Position numbers and translations under genes: made by a program. DNA of 59,638 bases, the filler included. It is 5 parts of 5 records of this genome, joined end to end, with 100 filler letters (N's around TTAATTAATTAA, not from the genome) between each part and the next. Parts side by side here need not be neighbours in the genome. Positions count along the whole stretch, not along the records: positions 1 to 23,655 come from SRR31156797_21857; positions 23,756 to 39,562 come from SRR31156797_21879; 3 more parts are not named here. One strand, given 5' to 3'. Below the pieces are notes generated by a model. That model was not told the DNA's origin. It was given only the letters and a program-made list of their open reading frames with translations, and ran no database searches. The first letter of the stretch is position 1. Each line of letters opens with the position of its first letter. Of this stretch, positions 21,453-32,394 are shown piece by piece.

Positions 21453-23655
21453 TTATAATGCAATATCAAAACGCTCAGAAACGGATTCGAGTTCGGTAAG
21501 AGCGCCTTCAAAATCATAGTTGGAAAGAAATTTTTGAATGGTTACAAGCGGTGCCGATAGTTTCGTTCCCTTAACGTCCTCACAAATTTGAGTTAGAATC
21601 TGTTCCGCCTCCCCATTGAACTGCTCAAGCATTTCTTTGAGCTCCAGAAGTGACGGCATCAAAGTTTCAGTGTCCACATCATCGGAGAGCGCCTCCGTAT
21701 CTGAAATCTCAGGTGTCGGTTTCTCAATGGTTAAAAAAGGTTTGAGGTTGTCCAGCGTTTTGGCCAGGCATTCTTTCGTGTCTGCCCATAATTCTTTGGG
21801 TTCACCGGAGCTGTCACCACTTAAAACAGCTTCAAGTTTTTGAGCGGATCGATGCAATATCGTAGCGCCGATGTTCCCGGCGACCCCTTTTAAGGTATGA
21901 GTCAGTCTTATGGCTCCATCGATATCTTCTTTTTCAAGAGCGGATAGGATTTTTTGGTCGGCATCCCCCTGGTTGGATACAAATTTGATGAGCAGCTTTT
22001 TGTAAGCTGCCACATTGCCGCCCATCCGTTTAATCCCGTTTTCGGTGTCAAAACCTTCAAGGAACGGAATCTTTTCCGCGTCCAGTTCAATTTCAGACGG
22101 CCGTTGTGTAAGATAATCCGGAACCTCCCGTTCTCCCGGCTCAATCCATTCCACCAGGGCGGAAAAGAGCTGGTCCGGATCGATGGGTTTGGTCACATGG
22201 TCATTCATGCCCGCGGCAAGGCTCTTCTCTCTGTCTCCGGCCATGGCGTGGGCCGTCATGGCGATGATCGGGATATTTCGCGTGTCCGATTCGAAATCCC
22301 GGATCCTCCCGGTCGCTTCAAAACCACCCATTTCAGGCATTTGAATATCCATGAGGATGACGTCGTAAGGATTTTCCTGAGCCATCTCAACGGCCTCTTT
22401 ACCGTTATTGGCCACCTCAACCAACAGGGCCGCCTGCTCCAGGATTTCTTTTGCAACCTGCTGGTTGATCTCATTATCCTCCGCCAATAGAATCCGGGCG
22501 CCGCGGATCTCCTTTAACGCTTCGATTTCCTGATCCCTGTCGACTTTCTTAGAAGATGTAACGATACGCTCTCTTCCAAAAGCCTGCATGATGGTATCAA
22601 ACAGCAAGGAGCGGTTTACCGGTTTTACCAGAAACCCTTCAAGCCCAACGCCTTCAGCCTGTTGCATGATTTCTTCGCGGCCATGGGATGTAACCATAAT
22701 GACCTTGGGCTGCAGTGAAAGTTTCTGTTCCTTGATTTTTTTGGAGGTGATGATACCGTTCATGCCGGGCATCTGAAAATCCGTAAAGATCACTTCGAAG
22801 GGCCTGCCGTCTTCACGGTCCGCCCGGACGATCTCCGACAGGGCTTCCTCACCTGATGGGACCAGGGACACAACAAAGGACATGGCTTCCAGCATGCTTT
22901 CTAGTATTTCACGGGAAGTCTCGTTGTCATCCACCACCAGGACCCTTTTTCCGCGCAGGTCCGGCTCAGGCAAAAGCGGTATCTTCTTTTCTCCATGCAG
23001 GCCAAAAACCGCGGTGAAGATAAAGTTACTCCCTTTACCGGGCTCACTCTCCACCCAGATTTCACCATCCATCATTTCACAAAGCTTCTTGGAGATGGTC
23101 AGGCCCAGGCCGGTACCGCCATATTTTCGGGTGGTTGACATATCGGCCTGGGAAAAGGCCTGAAACAGTTTACCCCGCTGTTCCTCTGTGAGTCCGATAC
23201 CGGAATCCTGTACGGAAAATTGCAGTTTAATCTTTTGTTCTATTTTTCCCATAGGCGCCGCCTTTATGACGATTTCGCCTCTTTCCGTAAATTTCACCGC
23301 ATTGTTGGCCAGGTTGATCAGGATCTGGCTAAGACGCAAGGGGTCGCCCGTTAGACCGGTAGGGGTATCTACATCTATGTCAAACAGCAACTCCAGGCCC
23401 TTCTCTTTCGCTTTTAGGCCCACCAGGTTGGCGAGGTTTTCAAGCACATCATCCAGCTGAAAATCCGTGGATTCAATATCCAGTTTGCCCGCCTCAATCT
23501 TGGAAAAATCCAAGATATCGTTGATGATGCCCAAAAGCGCGTTGGACGACGACTGCACCTTGCTGATATAGTCATGCTGCTTCGGGGTGAGATCGGTCTT
23601 AAGCGCCAGGTGGCTCATGCCGATAATGGCGTTCATGGGGGTGCGGATTTCATGG
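21453..23655 (-). CDS. hybrid sensor histidine kinase (HisKA-HATPase-REC-REC-HPt), 5' truncated by the contig end
   Basis: The frame continues to the contig edge through [14 protein letters not shown], two receiver domains and HPt motif HTLKG are present. Confidence 0.92.
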
Positions 23656-23755
23656 NNNNNNNNNNNNNNNNNNNNNNNNNNNNNNNNNNNNNNNNNNNNT
23701 TAATTAATTAANNNNNNNNNNNNNNNNNNNNNNNNNNNNNNNNNNNNNNNNNNNN
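23656..23755. other. artificial contig spacer
   Basis: N44-TTAATTAATTAA-N44, giving stops in all six frames. Confidence 0.98.
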
Positions 23756-24232
23756 TCCCTGGTATTCAACATCACCAATTTTCATCTCAAGGTTAAGATC
23801 ACGGGCAATTTTACGAGACTCGATCATGGTCTCGTGTTCAAGTTTCTTTGCTTCGTCCCATTTATCAACGTCTGCTTGCTTAGCTTTTCGGTATACTTTT
23901 TTTAATTCGGACCCGGGTGGAACTTTGTATTTTTTCATTTGTTCCCTGATCAGCTCCCCGGTAAGGGTAATTACTCCGATATCATGCCCGGGAGATGCTT
24001 CTACTGCGACAATATCGCCTACGCGGAGGTTAAGTTGATTTACGTTCCTGTAAAATCCTTTGCGTGTATTTTTAAAACGAACTTCAACAATCTCGTTTAT
24101 GGCGCCAGGCTGGGCAAATTTGTACATGTAATTGTGTACATTCAATTTTGCACCACATCCTGATAAGCACTCTCTGTTGGCATGAGCTCTATTTTCGTAA
24201 CACCCACATGTATTATCAACTCTGCTACTCAT
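23756..24232 (-). CDS. ricT: PSP1/YaaT (RicT) family protein, 3' truncated
   Basis: VEVRFKNTRKGFY, GHDIG and MKIGDVEYQG motifs. Lies downstream of holB. Confidence 0.85.
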
Positions 24233-24375
24233 GTCATATTAATTTTTTACGGAAAATAACATAGCTCTCCGTAAATTAAAACTTTAACTTACAAAACTAC
24301 TATTTTTCCTATTTTATAGGGTGTCTTTTAAAGAAAATATTGTGATTGAGGCAAAATGAATACTTGATTTTCTAA

Positions 24376-25509
24376 TTAATCAACCTTGCTTTTTAGTCCC
24401 TCATGAATTTTTACTGCTAAATCGAACATCACAATACGTGTATTTACATTGCGGTTAATATGAAAAATTGCTTCTTCAATGTCGCGTGAGAGCAAGTGCG
24501 CACGTTGTGGATTAATTAATTTGGAAAAGTTTTTTGAGAATTCTCGCTCTTCTTCAGTGAGCTTAACGAGTTGATTTAATTGTTGGTTTAAAGCCATGTT
24601 ATTGCGCACAATAAAAAGCGCATATTGCAGAAATTCAATAATGCTATCGCGCGACATGGTTTTGAATTGATTAACCGATTGGTCTATTTGTTCAATATTG
24701 AACCGATAAGCCTCTCTGAAAAAGAATGTAAATTTTTCTAAATTATCTTCCAATGCTTCTGCATTTTGCAGTAACGAAGCTGCCTTATTGAAGTTACCAT
24801 CGGCAAATACGGCAAATTTCTTAGCTTCATCTTCATTTGCTTGATAATACCGTTTGAGTCCTTCTTCAATTTCATCAGGTTGCAGAATGTGTGTACGCAT
24901 CAATTGTGCCCGACTCAGAATTGTAGGCAAAATGAGTTCTGTTTGATCACTAATTAAGAGAAAAATGGTTTTTTCTGGTGGTTCTTCCAACGCTTTCAAA
25001 AGTTTGTTGGCTGTTTCCATATTCACTTTTTCCAACATCCAGAAAATGAATATTTTGTATTTGCCAACATAGCTTTTAAGGCTAAGCTTATGCATGAGCG
25101 AATCATTTTCACTTACAAAAATTCCGGCTTTTTTATTTTCTGCATTAAGTTCCTGAATCCAATCAATGTAAGAAAAATATGTTTTGGCTTTGAAGAGATC
25201 TCTGAATTGACCAATGAAATCTTCGCTCTTGGGCTTATCCGTAGATTTTTTTTTGATTATTGGATAAATCAAATGCAAGTCTGGATATTCAAGAGAAGAA
25301 ACTCTTTTACAAGAAGGGCATTCACCACATGAATCTGTTTCAGAAGGATTGTCGCAAAGTAAATATTGTGCGTAGGCAAGTGCAAGTTGGAATTTCCCAC
25401 TTCCTTTTGGCCCGGTAAAAAGCATGGTGTGGCTGATTCGACCAGATTTTACAATATCCGTTAACTGTTTCTTTATTTGTGATTGCCCAATTACATCTGC
25501 GAATTTCAT
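24376..25509 (-). CDS. holB: DNA polymerase III subunit delta'
   Basis: GPKGSGK, zinc module CGECPSC, NKLLKALEEPP and LPTILSR. Confidence 0.9.
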   Translation of the reverse strand: MKFADVIGQSQIKKQLTDIVKSGRISHTMLFTGPKGSGKFQLALAYAQYLLCDNPSETDSCGECPSCKRVSSLEYPDLHLIYPIIKKKSTDKPKSEDFIGQFRDLFKAKTYFSYIDWIQELNAENKKAGIFVSENDSLMHKLSLKSYVGKYKIFIFWMLEKVNMETANKLLKALEEPPEKTIFLLISDQTELILPTILSRAQLMRTHILQPDEIEEGLKRYYQANEDEAKKFAVFADGNFNKAASLLQNAEALEDNLEKFTFFFREAYRFNIEQIDQSVNQFKTMSRDSIIEFLQYALFIVRNNMALNQQLNQLVKLTEEEREFSKNFSKLINPQRAHLLSRDIEEAIFHINRNVNTRIVMFDLAVKIHEGLKSKVD

Positions 25510-25663
25510 ATCTAATTAATTCAGTATATACTTATTTTCGAAAACGTGTGCGTAAAAAAAGTTGTTTAACTATAAGAGTAAAGCACTAATTAAGTACTAA
25601 ATTCGCACAATATATCTTGATCTTTTAACTTTTAGTTATAAGAGTGTAAAGATAGAAATTTTG

Positions 25664-25671
25664 TAAATTTG
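25664..25671 (+). promoter_or_regulatory. Bacteroidota -7 promoter element (TAnnTTTG) upstream of pgk
   Basis: TAAATTTG. Equivalent elements precede ilvE (33343-33350), atpB (35804-35811) and ricT (24292-24299, minus strand). Confidence 0.55.
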
Positions 25672-25703
25672 AAAACCAAAACCTTTTGTAAACCTAAAAA
25701 ATT

Positions 25704-26888
25704 ATGCAAGACATTACAACATTTGATTTTAAAAATAAAAAAGCACTGATTCGTGTGGACTTTAATGTGCCTTTGAACGATAAATTTGAAGTAACTGACG
25801 ATACCAGAATCAAAGCAACAATGCCTACAATTAAAGAGGTGTTGAAAAGAGGAGGAAGTGTGATTTTGATGTCGCACCTTGGTCGTCCAAAAGGACCAGA
25901 AGAAAAATTTTCTTTGAAACATGTTATTCCTAGTTTAAAAGAAATAACAGGTAAAGAAATAATTTTTGTTGATGATTGTATTGGCGAAAAAGCGAATGAA
26001 GCAAAAAAGAAATTAAAAGCCGGCGAGATTTTATTGTTAGAAAATCTTCGTTTTTATGGTGAAGAAAAAAAGGGAGATGCCGAGTTTGCTAAAAAACTTG
26101 CTGAAGGAGCTGATGTTTATATTAATGATGCTTTTGCTACTGCACATCGTGCGCATGCCTCTACATCGATAATTGCTGCCCTATTTGGAAACAATAAAAT
26201 GTTTGGTAAAGTAATGACCAACGAAATTCAGCACCTTGATAAAGCATTAAATGCACCTAAAAATGGATATACAGCCATTATTGGTGGAGCTAAAGTTTCT
26301 AGTAAAATTATAGTGATTGAACAATTATTGAATAAAGTTGACAAATTAGTGATTGGAGGAGCGATGGCTTATACTTTCATTAAGGCTCAAGGTGGACAAG
26401 TTGGAAACTCTATGGTTGAGGAAGATTATTTAGATACTGCTAAAAAAGTAATAGAAGCAGCAAAATCTGCCGGCACAGAGGTTATTCTTCCAACGGATTC
26501 AATAAACGGAAAAGAGTTTGATGCAGAAACTGAAACTGATGTAACACCAGCTGACCAGGTTAAAGAAGGTTGGATGGGAATGGATATAGGACCTGAATCA
26601 TTGGTTAGACTTGGTGATATTATTGCAAATTCAAAAACAATACTATGGAATGGACCAGTGGGAGTATTTGAAATGAAAAAATTCTCACGCGGAACATTTG
26701 GAATTGCTCAAATGATTGCAGATGCAACCGGTAAAGGAGTTTATTCGCTTGTTGGTGGTGGTGATTCTGTTTCAGCATTGAATAAATCAGGACTGGCAGA
26801 TCAGGTAAGTTATGTTTCAACAGGTGGCGGTGCTATGTTAGAATATATTGAGGGTAAGAAATTACCGGGTATTGCTGCTATTGGATAA
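25704..26888 (+). CDS. pgk: phosphoglycerate kinase
   Basis: RVDFNVP, SHLGRP, LLENLRF and STGGGA motifs. Confidence 0.97.
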   Translation: MQDITTFDFKNKKALIRVDFNVPLNDKFEVTDDTRIKATMPTIKEVLKRGGSVILMSHLGRPKGPEEKFSLKHVIPSLKEITGKEIIFVDDCIGEKANEAKKKLKAGEILLLENLRFYGEEKKGDAEFAKKLAEGADVYINDAFATAHRAHASTSIIAALFGNNKMFGKVMTNEIQHLDKALNAPKNGYTAIIGGAKVSSKIIVIEQLLNKVDKLVIGGAMAYTFIKAQGGQVGNSMVEEDYLDTAKKVIEAAKSAGTEVILPTDSINGKEFDAETETDVTPADQVKEGWMGMDIGPESLVRLGDIIANSKTILWNGPVGVFEMKKFSRGTFGIAQMIADATGKGVYSLVGGGDSVSALNKSGLADQVSYVSTGGGAMLEYIEGKKLPGIAAIG

Positions 26889-26912
26889 AAACAAAACATT
26901 AACCGATACTAT

Positions 26913-26942
26913 AGCCGGATTGCATTGCTGTCCGGCTTTTTT
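26913..26942 (+). terminator. intrinsic terminator after pgk
   Basis: AGCCGGA...TCCGGCT stem followed by a T-run. Confidence 0.8.
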
Positions 26943-27019
26943 ATGCCCATATTTTACAAAAAGTGAATTCTTCAAACTAAATTAGTGCAATCTTTTAACT
27001 GAAAAATAGTTTTCATATC

Positions 27020-29371
27020 ATGTTGAGAGTTATCAAACAAATAGTTTTGGGGTTATTACTGGGTGTTTTTCTCCTGTTGGCATTTGTATTTGGATATTTT
27101 TATTTTAATCAGGATAAAATTGTTCAATTACTTATAGATGAGGTAAATAATAATGTAAATACCCAAATTGATGTACAAAAAGTGAATATGTCTTTTTGGG
27201 ATCGCTTTCCTCAAGTTAGCATCAAATTTCAGGAGGTTACCATTCACAATGCAACAGATTTTAAACTTACAACGGATAAAAAGTTGCTGACAACAAGCTA
27301 TATTTATTTTGATCTTGATTTGAAAACACTTTTTTCTGATAAGCCTGAAATAAATAGAATAACGATTGGCCCGGGAAACCTTAATTTGATAAATGGCGAA
27401 AAAGCAAATTATGATATTTTGAAACTTTCAAATGAAAGTGAAGGCGGTGACTTTGAAGTAGGTAATTTAGAAATTGAGAATTTAAATTTTTCTTTTTATG
27501 ACGAGAAGCTTGAGCTAAAACAAAGCTTTATAGTTTCGAAAGCAGATATCAACGCAACTTTTGGTAGCCAGAAGAATGTGTTTGATGCCCGATTAGTTAT
27601 TCAAAATCCTTCATTTGTGCCTGCTGAATATGATTTGTTCTCAGAGTACGGTTTTGTGGGAGAAGTTATAATTTCTAATACTGAAAAGATTGACTGGCTT
27701 GGGGTTGTGAGTTTTGATGAACTTGAAATTGAGAATAAAGGAAATTATAATTTGACAAAAGGCTCCCTTTTATTGGAAGCCAATAATTTTCAATTGCAAC
27801 AGCACATAATTTCAAGTTTTTTAGATAAAACACGGTCTGCAATAAAGTCTAATAATTCACAAATAGATGTTGATAAGTTGACCTTATCATACCAGGGAGC
27901 AAATATTTTAGCGCAAGTTGATTATAATTTAGACGCTAATATTGACATAAATGAAAAGTTAAGATCAATTGATTTAAAAAATATTGGATCAGTGTCTTAT
28001 GCTAATAAAGATTTGAGTTTTAAGATAAAAAAGTTTGATGCACTATATAAAGAATCCAAAGCAAGTTATAGCGGAGGTTTTAGTGCTCAAAGCTATACTA
28101 TGAACGGAACTTTATCAATGCATTTACAGCTTGAAGACTTTGAAGAGTTTTTAAATAAATATAAAATCAATGAAGCTAAAGGAATCTTTGATGGAACTTT
28201 TCAAATGATTCCAAAAACTGCAGATAGTAAAAATAAGTGGTTTACGTTTAAACGTGGAGAAGTTGGACTAACCAATATTTCTTTTAATTTAATCGACAAT
28301 CACTTAAAACTAGAAGATATTCAAAGTCTTATGTTTCTTAGTAAAGATGAAATTTTAATTGAGGAGCTTAAAGGTATTGTAAATAAGAATGATGTGGAAT
28401 TTAGTGGAAAAGCAGAAGGGTTACAGGATTATATGTTTGCAAAGGGGAAGTTAACTATATCAGGAGATGTTAAGTCAAATGAGTTTTATCTATCAGACTT
28501 TCTATATGCATCACCGGAGTCAAAAACCGGAACAATTCAGCTAGGGGAAAAGTTAGATTTAGTGCTGGATGTATTAGTTAAAGATATAAGAAATAACAAC
28601 TTTAGAGGTGAGAACTTAAGCTTGAAATTAGAAAAGAATGGGCATGAGGTTAAGTTAAAGAACTTTGACATTACAACTTCAGAAGGGCACCTAAGTGGGC
28701 AAGGAGTTTTTCTTGAGCAGCAAAATGGTGATTGGTACACTACGCTTTCTGCAAATATTCAGCAGATTGAAATTGGTGAGTTTTTTCTTCAAATGAATGA
28801 GTTTGGGCAAACATATATTGTTTCTGATAATTTGAAAGGAAGACTCAATGCAGACATCAATGCTGATTTCGTTTTTAATCCTCAATTTAAGGTAAGAACA
28901 GAATCAATTTACCTTGATGCTGATATAGAAATTACAGATGGAGAACTTATAAACTATAAAATGCTGGAAGAGCTGTCTGATTTTATAGATGTTGATGAGT
29001 TAAAACATGTGAAATTCGAGAAATTAAAGAACCGTATTTCTATTCATGATAATAAAATTATAATACCTCAAATGCAGGTGCATTCTTCAGCCATTGATCT
29101 TGGTTTGGTAGGAGAACATGGATTTAATGATATTATAGATTATCAGATCTCAGTTGGTTTGGCTGATGTGCTTTTTGGAAAAATTCCAAGAAAGCTAAGA
29201 AAAGAGTCTAAGCGTAGAAAGAATAAAAAGTTAACTTTATTCGTTGATATAACCGGGAATATCAATGACCCGGAAGTTTCATTATCTAAAATTTCACGGG
29301 AAAAGGTAATTGACGAGCAACAGATTGAAAAGAAAAAGAAAAAATTTGAAATTGAATTTGACGACTTTTAA
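27020..29371 (+). CDS. AsmA-like family protein
   Basis: N-terminal membrane anchor, long beta-rich body and an AsmA-like C-terminus (IIIPQMQVHSSA...GEHGF...IDY). Confidence 0.8.
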   Translation: MLRVIKQIVLGLLLGVFLLLAFVFGYFYFNQDKIVQLLIDEVNNNVNTQIDVQKVNMSFWDRFPQVSIKFQEVTIHNATDFKLTTDKKLLTTSYIYFDLDLKTLFSDKPEINRITIGPGNLNLINGEKANYDILKLSNESEGGDFEVGNLEIENLNFSFYDEKLELKQSFIVSKADINATFGSQKNVFDARLVIQNPSFVPAEYDLFSEYGFVGEVIISNTEKIDWLGVVSFDELEIENKGNYNLTKGSLLLEANNFQLQQHIISSFLDKTRSAIKSNNSQIDVDKLTLSYQGANILAQVDYNLDANIDINEKLRSIDLKNIGSVSYANKDLSFKIKKFDALYKESKASYSGGFSAQSYTMNGTLSMHLQLEDFEEFLNKYKINEAKGIFDGTFQMIPKTADSKNKWFTFKRGEVGLTNISFNLIDNHLKLEDIQSLMFLSKDEILIEELKGIVNKNDVEFSGKAEGLQDYMFAKGKLTISGDVKSNEFYLSDFLYASPESKTGTIQLGEKLDLVLDVLVKDIRNNNFRGENLSLKLEKNGHEVKLKNFDITTSEGHLSGQGVFLEQQNGDWYTTLSANIQQIEIGEFFLQMNEFGQTYIVSDNLKGRLNADINADFVFNPQFKVRTESIYLDADIEITDGELINYKMLEELSDFIDVDELKHVKFEKLKNRISIHDNKIIIPQMQVHSSAIDLGLVGEHGFNDIIDYQISVGLADVLFGKIPRKLRKESKRRKNKKLTLFVDITGNINDPEVSLSKISREKVIDEQQIEKKKKKFEIEFDDF

Positions 29372-29377
29372 AATCAT

Positions 29378-30532
29378 ATGAATATATACACCAATAAACG
29401 AAAGTACAAAATAGTGATCATGGCTGTGGCCGTGGTTATAAGTATTGTCTCTTTAGCATATTCTAATTTTTTAGTTGAAAAGTTATCTGAGCAGGAAAGG
29501 CAACGTGTTGAACTTTATGCTGAAGCCACAAGGCGTTTTGCTCAAACGACAAACATGAATGAAGACCTCACATTTGTATCTGAAGTAATAACCAAAAATG
29601 AAAATATTCCAGTTATTCTAACTGACGAAAATGATAGTATTATTTCTCATAAAAACCTGAACGAAGAAAGAGCTCAAAACAAAAAATATTTGTATGACAG
29701 GCTTCAGGATATGAAAGAAACACATGAACCTGTGATTATTGATATTTTAAATGGAAAAATCTTGCGAAAAGTGTATTATGATGATTCTACTTTATTAAAT
29801 ATGCTTTTTTGGTTCCCGTTTGTCCAGATAGGTGTTTTTGGCATATTTATTCTAATGGCTTATATGGCATTTAGTTCATCCAGGCGAGCAGAACAAAATC
29901 GAGTTTGGGTTGGTATGTCAAAAGAAACTGCGCATCAGTTGGGCACACCAATATCTTCTTTAATTGCATGGGTTGAGTTAATGAAGGTAGAAATGAAATG
30001 TAATGAATACGCTAAAGAAATGAGTGAAGACCTAAAGCGGCTTGAAATAATTGTAGAAAGGTTTTCTAAGGTAGGGGCTCAACCAATGCTTAAGCCAACA
30101 TTACTTATAGATACTCTAAATGAGGCATCTAATTACATGAAAAGAAGAACTTCAAATCGTATTTCTATTGATTTAAATTCTTCAGAATTTGAGAATCTTG
30201 AAATTCCATTGAACAGGGCATTATTTTCCTGGGTTATTGAAAATGTGATTAAAAACGCTGTGGATGCCATTACAGGAGAGGGTAAAATAGAAATACAAAT
30301 TAGCGAAGAGAAAAAGCAAATAGCTGTTGATATATCTGATAATGGAAAAGGAATTCCACGGACTAAGCATAAAAGTGTTTTTCAGCCAGGTATAACCACC
30401 AAACAAAGAGGTTGGGGACTGGGATTGTCTTTGGCCAAAAGGATTATTAATGATTATCACCGGGGAAATATATTCGTTAAATGGTCTGAACCTGACAAGG
30501 GGACAACTATTAGAATATTGCTAAATCGTTAA
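29378..30532 (+). CDS. membrane sensor histidine kinase
   Basis: Two TM helices, KETAHQLGTP H-box, ENVIKNAVDA, DNGKG and GWGLGL. Confidence 0.92.
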   Translation: MNIYTNKRKYKIVIMAVAVVISIVSLAYSNFLVEKLSEQERQRVELYAEATRRFAQTTNMNEDLTFVSEVITKNENIPVILTDENDSIISHKNLNEERAQNKKYLYDRLQDMKETHEPVIIDILNGKILRKVYYDDSTLLNMLFWFPFVQIGVFGIFILMAYMAFSSSRRAEQNRVWVGMSKETAHQLGTPISSLIAWVELMKVEMKCNEYAKEMSEDLKRLEIIVERFSKVGAQPMLKPTLLIDTLNEASNYMKRRTSNRISIDLNSSEFENLEIPLNRALFSWVIENVIKNAVDAITGEGKIEIQISEEKKQIAVDISDNGKGIPRTKHKSVFQPGITTKQRGWGLGLSLAKRIINDYHRGNIFVKWSEPDKGTTIRILLNR

Positions 30533-30599
30533 TTATTTAGATTCAATCTAAAAAAATTTTGGCAGTTAGAGTACTATATTTTAAATTCATACAAAAAAA

Positions 30600-32345
30600 G
30601 TGAAATTCCTTATTCGCATATTATTTTCAACACTGTTTACTTTTGCCTTTATATATTCATATGGGCAATACAGGATTGATTTACAGTCAGATAATGATGA
30701 GTATTTTAAAATTCTAGAGGGCGACAGTATTTCAGTAAAAATGAAATTCCCAGAAGGGTCATATTTTAAGCTAGGAGAAAACGAAAAATGGCAAAAGGCT
30801 TCTCAAAGTGATTATATTCATGTAAAAGCTTTTAATCAATCCCAGGAGATTTACCTTAAAGATGCTGCCGGGAATCAACATATAGCTAATATAAAAATAA
30901 GACTTGCACTTCATCTTTCAATTTGGTTCTGGGCTTCAGCTTTGCTTGCACTTGCTAGCATTATATGGTTTATAATCAGATATTTTAAATACAGATTTTC
31001 AGTTGAGCGACTTGACTTGGAAATGCGCGTTCAAAATACTACGGAACGCATGATAGAGCAACGACATTCTTATGAGCGAGAATTAGCAGAAAGATTACCT
31101 AAAGAAGAAGCTGAGCAGTTAAAAGAACATGCAAAATCGAAAAGGTACAAAATGGTTACTGTGCTGTTTAGCGATGTGCTTGGTTTTAGCAAATTAACTT
31201 CAAAAGATAATCCGGATAAGTTGGTTGATGATTTAGATAAGTTTTTTTACAAATTTGATCAAACAGTTAAGAAATATAATATCCATAAAATAAAATCTGT
31301 TGGTGATTCATACATGTGTGCTGGGGGAATTCCTCAGAAAAACAGAACTAACCCGATAGAAGTTGTGCTCGCTGCCATGGAAATGCAAGCATATATTGAA
31401 GAGCTTAAAACAAAATATCCGGATAATGAAAGTAGAATTTGGGGGTTACGAATAGGTATTCATACCGGACCAGTGTTTGCAGGAAGAGAAGGTTTAAAAA
31501 AGCAGGCTTATGATATTTGGGGAGAGACTGTTAATATTGCCAGTAGAATGGAGTCCTCTGGTGAAATCGGAAAAATTAATATCAGCGGAAACACTTACGA
31601 ATTAATTAGAGATTATTTCTTGTGTAATTATCATGGTAAAATGCCGGTTAAATTCAGAGGCGATGTAGATATGTATTTTATTGAAGGATTTAAACCACAT
31701 CTTTCAGAGAAGAATGAGGGCTTTAAACCAAACAGTAGCTTTAACACCAAATTAGCTTTTATACGCTTTGATGATCTGGAAGAAGAAGTGATGAATTTGC
31801 TAGAAAAACATTTGCCGAATAACTTGTCTTATCATAATATTAAACACACAATTGATGTTGTAACACAGGTAGAGTTAATTGGTAGAAATGAGGGAGTTTC
31901 TGAAGAGGAAATGCTTTTGTTAAAAACAGCTGCACTATTCCATGATGTTGGATTTACACGCGGATACAAGGATCATGAGTTGTTAGGAATAAAGATAGCA
32001 AAGGAAATGCTACCCGAATATGACTATACCGATGAGCAAATCGAGAGTATTTCAGACTTAATCTATGTAACTAAATTACCACCAAAACCGAAGAATAAGC
32101 TAGAAAAAATAATATGCGATGCTGATTTGGACTATTTAGGTCGTGCAGATTTCATTCCAGTGTCAGAAAACCTCTTCAAAGAGCTTGTTGAATACAATTT
32201 TGTGGAGGACAATTATGATAAATGGAATCAAATTCAGATAAAATTTATTGAATCACATCAATATTTTACGTCCACTGCCAAGCAATTGCGCGATGTTAAT
32301 AAAAAAAAGCAGCTTGAAAATATTCGCAAACAATTAAAAAAATAG
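30600..32345 (+). CDS. class III adenylate cyclase fused to a C-terminal HD domain
   Basis: Cyclase motifs VLFSDVLGF, KIKSVGDSYM and YDIWGETVNIASRMES. HD-domain motifs YHNIKH, LFHDVG and CDADL. Confidence 0.9.
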   Translation: MKFLIRILFSTLFTFAFIYSYGQYRIDLQSDNDEYFKILEGDSISVKMKFPEGSYFKLGENEKWQKASQSDYIHVKAFNQSQEIYLKDAAGNQHIANIKIRLALHLSIWFWASALLALASIIWFIIRYFKYRFSVERLDLEMRVQNTTERMIEQRHSYERELAERLPKEEAEQLKEHAKSKRYKMVTVLFSDVLGFSKLTSKDNPDKLVDDLDKFFYKFDQTVKKYNIHKIKSVGDSYMCAGGIPQKNRTNPIEVVLAAMEMQAYIEELKTKYPDNESRIWGLRIGIHTGPVFAGREGLKKQAYDIWGETVNIASRMESSGEIGKINISGNTYELIRDYFLCNYHGKMPVKFRGDVDMYFIEGFKPHLSEKNEGFKPNSSFNTKLAFIRFDDLEEEVMNLLEKHLPNNLSYHNIKHTIDVVTQVELIGRNEGVSEEEMLLLKTAALFHDVGFTRGYKDHELLGIKIAKEMLPEYDYTDEQIESISDLIYVTKLPPKPKNKLEKIICDADLDYLGRADFIPVSENLFKELVEYNFVEDNYDKWNQIQIKFIESHQYFTSTAKQLRDVNKKKQLENIRKQLKK

Positions 32346-32394
32346 ATATATAGAAAAAATTTCGTAGATTTACCAATCTGAAACGTCGAACTAT

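Noticed and set aside
23700..23711. TTAATTAATTAA palindrome repeated four times in the window
   Set aside because: Always centred in N-runs, so it is an assembly spacer rather than a biological repeat.
30600..32345. Pycsar/CBASS-type defence cyclase
   Set aside because: It has ATP-specifying residues and a membrane anchor, sits among housekeeping genes, and has no adjacent effector.
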